This document shows, piece by piece, positions 9,020 through 18,214 of a DNA stretch of 32,000 nt; the stretch's first letter is position 1, and every line of letters starts with the position of its first letter. The stretch lies in contig NZ_OZ060386.1 of the NCBI RefSeq assembly GCF_964059055.1, forward strand, positions 210,001 through 242,000, in the 5' to 3' direction. This DNA comes from Buchnera aphidicola (Neophyllaphis podocarpi). GTDB taxonomy: Bacteria > Pseudomonadota > Gammaproteobacteria > Enterobacterales > Enterobacteriaceae. Below the pieces are notes generated by a model. That model was not told where the DNA came from. It searched no databases and worked only from the letters and a program-made list of their open reading frames with translations. The position numbers were made by a program, and so were the translations under genes.

Positions 9020-10090
9020 TCATAATGATATAATTCCAATTAAAAATAGTAATAAAGATATAATCCAAAGTCTAACTGTAATTTTGGATTCTTTGTATCC
9101 TTTAATTTCATAGTGATGGTGTATAGGAGCCATATTAAAAATACGTATTTTAAATATTTTAAAACAAATAACTTGTATTATTACTGAAATAGTTTCTATT
9201 ACCAAAACTCCGCCGATAATTATTAATAATATTTCTTGGTGTAGTAATAAAGCAATGATTCCTATAGTTCCACCTAAAGATAATGATCCTATATCTCCCA
9301 TAAATATTTCTGCTGGATAAGTATTAAACCACAAAAAAACTATTCCTGACCCTATAAGTGATGTACAAAATATAATCAATTCACCTGCATTACATATATA
9401 TTGTAAATTGAAATAATTTGATAAATCAATGTTCCCGCTAATAAAGGATATTATAGCAAATATTGTAGCAATTAGAATAACAGGTATTATTGCTAAACCA
9501 TCTAAACCATCTGTGATATTAACACTATTACTAGTTCCTACAATTACAAAATACATTATAATTAAATAAATCCAATTAATTTTAAAATTTATATTTTTTA
9601 TGAATGGAATAGGTAATTCATGTTTTTGATTTATACAATCGATAAATACAAAATATATTATTATAAGAGATATTATTGATAAAAATAAATATTTATATTT
9701 TGCAGTTATACCTTTGGAATTTTTTTTTGTTATTTTATAATAATCATCTATTAATCCAATTATTCCATAACTTATTAATATATATAAAATATACCATATA
9801 TAATTATTTAATAAATCTGACCAAATAATTACAGATATAATAGTTGAAATTATTATAGTTATTCCTCCCATAGTAGGAGTATTTTTTTTGTTATAATGAG
9901 ATGATGGTCCTTCATATCTTATTACTTGATTAAATTGTAAATTACTAAATAATTTTATTATATGTTTTGTTATATACACAGAAAATATTATTGAAGTTAT
10001 AAAACTACATATAGATCTGAAAATTATATAAGTAACAAATTTGTATTTTATATCTAAACAATCTAAATTTTCTATTATTCACATTAACAT
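9020..10090 (-). CDS. mraY: Phospho-N-acetylmuramoyl-pentapeptide transferase MraY with an in-frame TGA at codon 4 (10081..10079); the ORF-track ORF 9020..9979 (GTG) lacks the first TM helix
   Basis: Hand translation from ATG 10090 gives M L M * IIENLDCLDIKYKFVTYIIFRSICSFITSIIFSVYITKHIIKLFSNLQFNQVIRYEGP. This aligns without gaps to E. coli [62 protein letters not shown]. The rest matches TPTMGG, DDY.K, NLTDGLDGLA, MGD.GSL.LGG and APIHHHYE. There is no ATG, GTG or TTG between the TGA and 9979. Confidence 0.92.
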
Positions 10091-11442
10091 GTTATTTTCT
10101 CTTGTATTTTACCTAGAATTTTTTCCATTTTTGAATTACGAGAACCTTTTATTAAAACTATAATATTTTTTTTATGCATGATTAATTTTTTTACTTTATT
10201 AACAAGTTCCTCATGTGTATAAAAATGTTGTCCTTGTTTATTTTGTTTACTGATATGTTGACTTAATTTTCCTATACTAAATATTCTATTAATTTTAGAA
10301 TTTTTGATTTTATTTCCTATAAATTTATGATAATAAGTTGATTTATCACCTAATTCATGCATATCTCCTGTTATTATTATTTTATATCCATTAATTGAAT
10401 TTAAAAAATTTATTGCTGCATTCATAGATCCTATATTCGCATTATAAGTATCGTCAATAAGATATTTTTTTTTGCTTAATTTAATTATTTTTAGTCTTCC
10501 TGTTATTTGTTTTAATTTTGTGATTGTATTTTTTATTTTTTTTAATGGTAAATTCATACAACTAACAATAGCTGTTGCTGCAAGTATATTAGATATATTA
10601 TGGGTTCCCAGTAAAGGAACTTTTATAGGTATCTTATTTTTTCTTGTATTTAAATTGAATTTTAGTCCTTTTGTACTTATATAAATATTATCTGCAAAAA
10701 AATCAGCTTTTCTTTTTATGGAAAAACATAAGACTTTTTTGTCTTTTATTGATTTATTCCATATTTTCCATTTATTACTGTCAGAATTTATTATAATAAT
10801 TCCTTTTTCATCTAAATTTGAAAATATTTCCTGTTTTGCTTTAGCTACTCCATTTATTGATTTAAAACCTTTTAAATGAGCATAATGTATATTATTTATT
10901 AAAACTATGTTTGGTTTTATAATTTTATTAATATATTTTATTTCTCCTGGATTATTAGCTCCTACTTCAATTACTGCATATTTATGATGTTCTTTTAATT
11001 TTAGTAACGTTATAGATACTCCAATCTTATTATTTAAATTTTTTGGTGTAAAAATTGTTTTTCCTTTTTTTTTTAATATTTTTGCAGTTATTTCTTTTAC
11101 TGAAGTTTTTCCAGATGATCCTGTTAATGCTATTAATGTAACATTTGTTGTTTTTCGTAACCATGAAGCTATTTCTTCTAATGCTTTTGATGTGTTTGTT
11201 ACTAATATTTGAGGTATATTATATTGTACTTCCTTTTCTATTAATAATCCTTGAGCTCCCTTAATTATTGCTTCATTGATAAAATGGTGAGCATTAAAAT
11301 TATTACCTACTAAGGCTATAAACAAAGATCCTAGTGTTATTTTTTTGCTATTTATTATAATATTATCAATTTCAGTATATATATTATTAATTATTTTACC
11401 CGATGTGATTTTTGCTATTTTATTTAAGGATATTTTTATCAT
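10084..11442 (-). CDS. murF: UDP-N-acetylmuramoyl-tripeptide--D-alanyl-D-alanine ligase
   Basis: 452 aa, the same length as E. coli MurF. Matches: LTGSSGKTSVKE, NLNN.IGV, DDTYNAN, KGSR and the C-terminus ...ITC (E. coli ...GTC). Confidence 0.97.
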   Translation of the reverse strand: MIKISLNKIAKITSGKIINNIYTEIDNIIINSKKITLGSLFIALVGNNFNAHHFINEAIIKGAQGLLIEKEVQYNIPQILVTNTSKALEEIASWLRKTTNVTLIALTGSSGKTSVKEITAKILKKKGKTIFTPKNLNNKIGVSITLLKLKEHHKYAVIEVGANNPGEIKYINKIIKPNIVLINNIHYAHLKGFKSINGVAKAKQEIFSNLDEKGIIIINSDSNKWKIWNKSIKDKKVLCFSIKRKADFFADNIYISTKGLKFNLNTRKNKIPIKVPLLGTHNISNILAATAIVSCMNLPLKKIKNTITKLKQITGRLKIIKLSKKKYLIDDTYNANIGSMNAAINFLNSINGYKIIITGDMHELGDKSTYYHKFIGNKIKNSKINRIFSIGKLSQHISKQNKQGQHFYTHEELVNKVKKLIMHKKNIIVLIKGSRNSKMEKILGKIQEKITC

Positions 11443-12925
11443 ATAATTTTTTATTTAATATTTTTAATACGGTTTCTTCATCTGAATATTTTATTTTATT
11501 TTTTCCTATCATTTGGTAATTTTCACTTCCTTTTCCTGCTATTAAGATGATATCATTCATACTTGAATTATTTACAGCAACTTTTATAGCCTTTTTCCTA
11601 TCAGGAATTACATAAGCTTTTTTTGGATTTGTAAAACCATCCAAGATATCTTTTATTATTTTATTTGGGTTTTCTGTTCTTGGATTATCATTTGTTATAA
11701 ATACTTTATTTGATAGTTTTTCTGCTATTTTTCCCATTATAGGTCTTTTTGTTTTATCTCTATCTCCGCCGCAACCAAAAATACATGTTAGTTTTTTTTT
11801 TGAATATATTGAATTTATTATTTTTATTACTTTATTTAATGCATCTGGAGTATGAGCATAATCAATTATTATTTTAGGTTTATTTGATACATAAATTTGT
11901 TGCATTCGTCCTATTATAGGTTTTATTTTTTCTACTGTTAATATAATAGAAGATAAAGAATATCCCAAAGATAATAAAGCAGCCATAGATAACAATATAT
12001 TAACTACATTAAAATTTCCTATTAAATTAACTGATATATCCCCATTTCCCCAGCTTGAATTAAAATCAATGATACTTCTAGTATTCTCATGCTTAACTTT
12101 TTTTGCATATATCCATCTTTCTCCATATTTACATTTTAAATTTGTAGTAGCAATATAAATTTTATTTCTTGATTTTATTTTTTTAAACCAATTCATTCCT
12201 ATTTTAGTGCTTATATTTATAATTGGATTTTCAATTTTATGATCAGAAAATAGTTTCCATTTTGTTTTTTCATATTTTTTCATATTTTTATGATAGTCTA
12301 AATGATCTCTACTTATATTTGTAAATATTCCTACTTTAAATGGTATGCTAGATACTCTATATTGATCCAATGCATGTGATGATATTTCTATAGCAACTGT
12401 GTTAACTCTATTTTTTAGAAAAAAATTTAAATAAGACTGTATATCAATAGCTGAATCTGTTGTATTAATAGTTTCTATTAATTTTCCGTATAATCCATTT
12501 CCTAATGTTCCTATAACAGCACTTTTATCTCCTAACAAATTAATCCATTGTGAAATTAATTGAGTTACACTTGTTTTACCATTGGTTCCTGTTACACCTA
12601 TTATATTTAATCTATTTGATGGATTGTTATAAAAATTTCCTGCTATCTTTGATATTTTTTTTCTTATATTTTTTATATAAATAATAGGTATTTTGTTTAT
12701 ATATTTTATTTTTTTATTTTTTACTTTAGACCATGAAATTACAGCATTAGCACCTTTATTTATTGCTTCTTTTATAAATTTATTCGCATCTATTTTATTA
12801 CCTTTTATTGCTATAAATAAATCTTTTTTTTTTATATTTTTACTATTTATTTTTATATTTCTTATAAGAATTTTTCTTAATTGATAATTATTTATTCCTA
12901 ATAATTTATTTAATTTTATATTCAT
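11420..12925 (-). CDS. murE: UDP-N-acetylmuramoyl-L-alanyl-D-glutamate--2,6-diaminopimelate ligase
   Basis: 501 aa. Matches to E. coli MurE: GVTGTNGKTS, SRDHLDYH, DYAHTPDAL, GCGGDRDK.KRP and the DNPR meso-DAP specificity motif (TNDNPRTE). It overlaps the murF start by 23 nt. Confidence 0.97.
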   Translation of the reverse strand: MNIKLNKLLGINNYQLRKILIRNIKINSKNIKKKDLFIAIKGNKIDANKFIKEAINKGANAVISWSKVKNKKIKYINKIPIIYIKNIRKKISKIAGNFYNNPSNRLNIIGVTGTNGKTSVTQLISQWINLLGDKSAVIGTLGNGLYGKLIETINTTDSAIDIQSYLNFFLKNRVNTVAIEISSHALDQYRVSSIPFKVGIFTNISRDHLDYHKNMKKYEKTKWKLFSDHKIENPIINISTKIGMNWFKKIKSRNKIYIATTNLKCKYGERWIYAKKVKHENTRSIIDFNSSWGNGDISVNLIGNFNVVNILLSMAALLSLGYSLSSIILTVEKIKPIIGRMQQIYVSNKPKIIIDYAHTPDALNKVIKIINSIYSKKKLTCIFGCGGDRDKTKRPIMGKIAEKLSNKVFITNDNPRTENPNKIIKDILDGFTNPKKAYVIPDRKKAIKVAVNNSSMNDIILIAGKGSENYQMIGKNKIKYSDEETVLKILNKKLYDKNILK

Positions 12926-12954
12926 ATAATAATTTAAAATTTAAGATAAGATTT

Positions 12955-14654
12955 TTAGTTGTCTGGTTTTGTATTAGTTAATTTTAATATATTACTCATA
13001 ATTTCGCTAAATATGGGAGCTGAAACTAAACCTCCATAATATTTTCCTTGGCTAGGTTCATTTATCATAATTACTAATGCAAATTTAGGGTTTCTTGATG
13101 GAGCTATACCAGCTGTATATGCTATATATTTATTTATATATTTTTTGTTTGTTCCAACTTTTTTTACTGTACCAGTTTTTACTGCTACATGATAACCTTT
13201 TACTGCAGCTTTTACCCCGCTTCCTCCGGTAGTAGTCACGCTTTCCATCATTCTTATAACTTTTTTTATTATTTCTTTTGGAAAAATTTGTTTTTCATTT
13301 TTTTTGTTTTTTAATTTCAAGATTGATACAGGACGAAAAATGCCATAGCTTCCTATAGTAGAATATAATTGTGCTACTTGTAATGGAGTTACCATTAATC
13401 CATATCCAAAAGAAAATGTTGCTTTTTCTAGCTCACTAGGATGAACATGTTTATATAATACTCCTTTTCTTTCTCCTACTAATCCTATGTTAGTTAATTT
13501 ACCTAATCCAAATTCATAATATGTATTTTTAAGTAATATTGAAGGCATAGATAAAGATATTCTAGATACTCCAACATTACTTGATTTTTTTATTATGTCT
13601 TTAGCATTTAATTGTTCATATGTATTTAAATCTTTAATTTTATACCCTTGTAATTTAAAAGGCATTGTATTTAAAATAGAATTTTCTTTAATTAAACCTA
13701 TTTGTAGCGCTTTCATTATTACTATTGGTTTAACTATAGAACCTGGTTCAAATAAATCAGTAATTGCTGTATCTCTTATAGTTGAAATGTTTTTAATATT
13801 ACTGACATTATTAGGGTTAAATGAAGGGGAATTTACTATAGATAGAATTTCTCCTGTTTTTATATCTATTAAAATTGCTGTACCTGATTTTGCTTTATTT
13901 TTTTCTACTGCTTTATTTAATATTTCATATGTAATATTTTGAAATTTTTTATCTATACTTAGTATTATATCTATAGATTTAGTTTTGCTTTTTACTAATA
14001 TGTTTTCTATTATATTGCCTTTTCCATCTTTTATGACTTTTCTTATTCCATATTTTCCTTCTAGTAATTTATTAAAACTTTTTTCTACTCCTTCTATACC
14101 TTTTCCATCAATATCTGTAAATCCTACAAGTTGAGCGGCTACTTTACCTGATGGATAATATCTACGATATTCTTCTATAGAATGAATACCTGGTATCCTT
14201 AATTTTTCAATATAATCAGTAATTTCTAATGGTATTTGTCTTGCTATGTATATAAATCTTTTTGTTTTATTTTTTTGAATTTTTTTTATTATTGAGTTAA
14301 TATCTATTGATAGAATATCTGCTAGTGCATTCCATCTTATATCTTTTTTGATAATATTTTTTTTTTCTATGTTTTTAGGATCTACCCATATTCCTTTTAC
14401 TGGTACACTAATAGCTAAAGGTTTTCCGTTTCTATCACTTATTGTACCTCTTATTACCTTTGTATTTTTAAATCTTAAAAATCTAGCATTTCCTTCTTTT
14501 ATTAATTTATTAGTATCAATAATTTGTAAGAATGTTATTCTTATTACAATTAACAATATGAGAAACATAATTAAATAATTTATAAAATTGAAGCGCCATT
14601 TTGTATATATAAAAAATTTTTTTTTCTGTATATTTTTTCTTTTAAGTTATTCAT
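12955..14654 (-). CDS. ftsI: Division-specific transpeptidase FtsI (PBP3), interrupted at codons 10-13: ATG at 14654 is out of frame with the body across an A9 tract; the ORF-track ORF is 12955..14568
   Basis: The body frame is open from 14646 and reads ...KKKFFIYTKWRFNFINYLIMFLILLIVIRITFLQII, aligning to E. coli FtsI ...ANFISWRFALLCGCILLALAFLLGRVAWLQVI. Downstream matches are RRYYPSG, GIEGVEKSF, the active-site SxxK as PGSIVKP, SSNVG, KTGT and YYGG.VSAP.F. Confidence 0.93.
14617..14625 (-). other. A9 homopolymer (T9 on plus strand) separating the ftsI ATG from its reading frame; candidate slippage site
   Basis: Plus strand 14611-14630 is aaaaaatttt tttttctgta. The ATG frame gives MNNLKEKIYRKKNFLYIQNGASIL then TAA (14582..14580). 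The body frame has TAA at 14649..14647. Confidence 0.8.
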
Positions 14655-14699
14655 AATTTTTTCTATATTTTAATGTTCAAATATTATGTTTTCTTGTTT

Positions 14700-14981
14700 T
14701 TAATTCATTAATTTCATTTGTAATTTTAAAATTGAAATTTGTTTTATTTTTATACTTGTATTAAATGTATTTAATTCTATACTTAAGTTTCTTAATTCAA
14801 TATTTAATTTTCTATTTTCTAAGATTAATTTTTCTTTTTTTTGTACTAATGAATGAGTTTGGTATATTATTATTACAACTAAAATAGCAGATAAAATTAC
14901 CGAAATTAATAATAAAATTTTCGCTAGATGATTATTATATAAGTCATATATAATAAATTTTACTAAATCTTTATTTTTCAT
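14700..14981 (-). CDS. ftsL: Cell division protein FtsL
   Basis: 93 aa, single TM plus coiled coil. LILENRKLNIELRNLSIE and ILKLQMK match E. coli FtsL LVLERDALDIEWRNLILE and EKLQMQ. It sits between rsmH and ftsI. Confidence 0.9.
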   Translation of the reverse strand: MKNKDLVKFIIYDLYNNHLAKILLLISVILSAILVVIIIYQTHSLVQKKEKLILENRKLNIELRNLSIELNTFNTSIKIKQISILKLQMKLMN

Positions 14982-14982
14982 A

Positions 14983-15921
14983 TTATTTGTTTAATTCAGC
15001 TACTCTTAATATTGCGCTGCGTGCTCGTATATTATTTTGAATTTCATTTTTACTTGGAAATATTCTCCCAATAATTTTTAATATTTTAGGATTTATTTTA
15101 TCTAATTGTATTTTTGTTAGAGGAATATCTTTAGGTAAATTAATTTGTTTGCTATTATTAATCATAAAATGTTTAATAATTCTATCTTCTAAAGAATGAA
15201 AACTAATAGTTAATATTCTTCCTTTATTTTTTAAAATTTTTAAAGAATCTTTTAAAGCAATCTTTATATCTGACAACTCATTATTAATAAAAATTCTAAT
15301 AGCCTGAAAGCTTCTTGTAGCAGGATTTTTATTCTGATATTTTTTAGGAGTAGATTTTTTGATTATTTCAACTAGTTCTTTTGTATATTTGATTGGAGAA
15401 ATTTTATTTTTTTTAACAATAGCTTTTGCTATTTTTTTTGCATATCTTTCTTCTCCTAATTTTTTAAGAACTTGACTTATTTCTTTTTCGCTACTTTTTT
15501 GTAACCATTCTGCTGCTGTAATACCTTTTGTGTTATTCATTCTCATATCTAAATAACTATTTCTTAAAAATGAAAAACCTCTGTTTTTATCTGCAATTTG
15601 CATTGAAGACATACCAAGATCTAATATTATACCATCTATTTTTTTTATAATATTAAATTTTATTGCATATTTTAATATCATTGCGAATGATCCATGTATT
15701 ACTTTTATTCGGTGATCTTTAATTCTTTTTGCAATTTCAATTGCTTTAGGATCTTTATCTATAACAAATATTCTTCCATATTCATTTAATTTATTTAAAA
15801 TTTTATTAGTGTGACCGCCGCAACCGAAAGTTCCGTCTATATAAATTCCATTTTTTTTTATTTTTAAATTTTCTATAGTTTCATTTAACAATACTGTTAT
15901 ATGTTGTGATTTATTTTTCAT
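14983..15921 (-). CDS. rsmH: 16S rRNA (cytosine1402-N4)-methyltransferase RsmH (MraW)
   Basis: 312 aa (E. coli 313). Matches: HITVLLNE, YIDGTFGCGGH, DLGMSS.Q, GFSF, ISFHSLEDR and RARSAILR. Confidence 0.96.
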   Translation of the reverse strand: MKNKSQHITVLLNETIENLKIKKNGIYIDGTFGCGGHTNKILNKLNEYGRIFVIDKDPKAIEIAKRIKDHRIKVIHGSFAMILKYAIKFNIIKKIDGIILDLGMSSMQIADKNRGFSFLRNSYLDMRMNNTKGITAAEWLQKSSEKEISQVLKKLGEERYAKKIAKAIVKKNKISPIKYTKELVEIIKKSTPKKYQNKNPATRSFQAIRIFINNELSDIKIALKDSLKILKNKGRILTISFHSLEDRIIKHFMINNSKQINLPKDIPLTKIQLDKINPKILKIIGRIFPSKNEIQNNIRARSAILRVAELNK

Positions 15922-15951
15922 TTAGCTATAATTTATTTTTTGATTTATACT

Positions 15952-16428
15952 TTATCCGCGTGTTATTCCTATAATTCCTGAACGTACTATTTCAATTACA
16001 TCTGATATTTCTCTAATAATTTTTAAAAAAGCATCTAATTTATTACTATTACCAGAAAGTTGAACAGTGTAAATATTAGATGTTACATCTACTATATTAC
16101 CTCTAAAAATTTCTGTGTTACTTTTTATTTCTTCTCTGATGTTTTCATTTGTTTTAATTTTTACTAACATTATTTCTCTTTCTACATATTCTCCTTGGCT
16201 AAAGTTTTGTATTCTTAAAACGTCAATTAGTTTATGCAATTGTTTTTCTATTTGTTCTAATACTTGAATTTTACCTACAGTTAATATAGTTATTCTTGAC
16301 ATAGTAGGATCTTCTGTTGGAGCTACAGTCATGCTTTCTATATTATATCCTCTTTGTGAGAATAGTCCTATAACTCTAGATAATGCTCCTGATTCGTTTT
16401 CTAGAAGTATTGATAAAACTCTCTTCAT
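15952..16428 (-). CDS. ilvH: Acetolactate synthase III small (regulatory) subunit
   Basis: 158 aa. [42 protein letters not shown] is nearly identical to the E. coli IlvH N-terminus. AAGGGGA lies upstream of the ATG. Confidence 0.97.
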   Translation of the reverse strand: MKRVLSILLENESGALSRVIGLFSQRGYNIESMTVAPTEDPTMSRITILTVGKIQVLEQIEKQLHKLIDVLRIQNFSQGEYVEREIMLVKIKTNENIREEIKSNTEIFRGNIVDVTSNIYTVQLSGNSNKLDAFLKIIREISDVIEIVRSGIIGITRG

Positions 16429-16443
16429 TTTTCCCCTTATTTT

Positions 16444-18150
16444 TTAGGATCTTAGTCTCATTTCGTTCATTCCGCCTTCTTTAATTTGCATTGGATAAAC
16501 ATGTTCAGAAGGATCTATAATAATATCTAAAAATACCAAGTTTCCTTTTTTTAATTCTGATATTGCTTTTTTTATTTTATTATTTATTTCTTCTTTTTTA
16601 GAAATTAATATTCCTATATGTCCATATGATTCTGCAAGTTTTATAAAATTAGGTAAAGATTTCATATATGAGTGTGAATGACGACCTGAATAAATTATAT
16701 CTTGCCACTGTTTTACCATTCCAAGAGAACTATTATTTAAATTTACAATTAATACTGGTATTTTATATTGCATTGCTGTAGATAGTTCTTGTATGTTCAT
16801 TTGAATACTTCCATCACCAGTAATGCAAACTACTGTTTCATTTGGTAAAGCCAGTTTAACTCCTAATGCTGCTGGTAAACCAAATCCCATAGTTCCTAAG
16901 CCCCCAGAGTTTATCCATCTTCTAGGTTTATTAAATTTATAGTATAAAGCAGCAAACATTTGATGTTGGCCTACATCTGATGTTAAAAAGGCTTTTCCTT
17001 TAGTTATTTTCCAAATAGTTTCTATAATTAATTGTGGTTTGATTTTTTTGCTATTGGTATTATACTTTAAACTATTTATATCTTTCCATTTTTTTATTTG
17101 ATTCCACCATTGAGATAAATCTTGTTTCTTGTTTTCACTTTTTTTTAATATTTTTATCATTTTTTGTAATATTAATTTTGCATCACCGACTATAGGAATG
17201 TCAGATTTTATTGTTTTTGATATTGATGTTGGATCTATATCTATATGTAGTATAGTTGCATTAGGACAGTATTTTTCTATATTATTTGTTGTTCTATCAT
17301 CAAATCTTGCTCCTATTGCAAATATAGTGTCTGCATTATGCATTGTCATATTAGCTTCATATGTACCATGCATACCTAACATAGATAAATTTTGTTTATG
17401 TGTTCCTGGAAACGAACCTAAAGCCATTAATGAAGTAGTAACTGGAATATTTAACATTTCTGCTATTATTTTTAATTCATTATGACAATTTGATATTATA
17501 ACTCCTCCTCCAGCATAGATAATTGGTTTTTTAGAATTTATCAAAATTTTCAATGCTTTTTGTATTTGTCTGCTATGTCCTTTAACTTTAGGGTTATATG
17601 ACCTGATATTTACATTTTTAGGCCAAATATAATCTTGTGTATTTAAAGAGCTTAATATATCTTTAGGAATATCTATAACAACTGGTCCTGGTCTTCCTGT
17701 AGATGATAACCAAAAAGCTTTTTTAAATATTACAGGTATATCACTTGTTTTTTTTACTAAAAAACTATGCTTTACTATTGGTCTAGATATTCCTATCATG
17801 TCACACTCTTGAAAAGCATCGTATCCAATTAATGAAGATGATACTTGTCCTGAAATTACAACCATAGGAACTGAATCCATGTAAGCAGTAGCTATTCCTG
17901 TAATTGCATTTGTTGCTCCTGGTCCAGATGTAACTAATACAACTCCTATTTTACCTGTAGCTCTAGCATATCCATCTGCCATATGAGTTGCACCTTGTTC
18001 ATGTCGTACTAATATATGTTTTATTCCACCAATTCTTTTAATAGCATCATATATGTCTAATACTGCACCTCCAGGATAGCCAAAAATATGTTTAATTCCT
18101 TGATCTATAAGTGATTTAACTACCATTTCAGCACCGCATAATTGTGTCAT
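16444..18150 (-). CDS. ilvI: Acetolactate synthase III large (catalytic) subunit
   Basis: 568 aa. [46 protein letters not shown], the ThDP motif [12 protein letters not shown] and HVYPM match E. coli IlvI. Confidence 0.97.
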   Translation of the reverse strand: MTQLCGAEMVVKSLIDQGIKHIFGYPGGAVLDIYDAIKRIGGIKHILVRHEQGATHMADGYARATGKIGVVLVTSGPGATNAITGIATAYMDSVPMVVISGQVSSSLIGYDAFQECDMIGISRPIVKHSFLVKKTSDIPVIFKKAFWLSSTGRPGPVVIDIPKDILSSLNTQDYIWPKNVNIRSYNPKVKGHSRQIQKALKILINSKKPIIYAGGGVIISNCHNELKIIAEMLNIPVTTSLMALGSFPGTHKQNLSMLGMHGTYEANMTMHNADTIFAIGARFDDRTTNNIEKYCPNATILHIDIDPTSISKTIKSDIPIVGDAKLILQKMIKILKKSENKKQDLSQWWNQIKKWKDINSLKYNTNSKKIKPQLIIETIWKITKGKAFLTSDVGQHQMFAALYYKFNKPRRWINSGGLGTMGFGLPAALGVKLALPNETVVCITGDGSIQMNIQELSTAMQYKIPVLIVNLNNSSLGMVKQWQDIIYSGRHSHSYMKSLPNFIKLAESYGHIGILISKKEEINNKIKKAISELKKGNLVFLDIIIDPSEHVYPMQIKEGGMNEMRLRS

Positions 18151-18184
18151 ATATATTCCTATTTCTATAATTTAATATATTATT

Positions 18185-18214
18185 CATATAAAGATTATAC
18201 ATAATCTTTATATG
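18185..18214. repeat. Perfect 14-bp inverted repeat with a 2-nt spacer (CATATAAAGATTAT-ac-ATAATCTTTATATG), 35-64 nt upstream of the ilvI start
   Basis: Read directly; arms are 18185-18198 and 18201-18214. On the plus strand it is followed by a T-rich run (tttttatttaagttatttttt). Confidence 0.6.

Noticed and set aside
10079-10081. Global genetic-code change (translation table 4, UGA=Trp) as the explanation for the mraY TGA
   Set aside because: Trp positions elsewhere use TGG; I checked the ftsA C-terminal WLKKEF and the ftsI WRF. All other genes are full length under the standard code. TGA ends ddlB and mraY at positions matching the E. coli C-termini. A single nonsense or readthrough event fits better, though whole-genome checks (prfB, tRNA-Trp) are still warranted.
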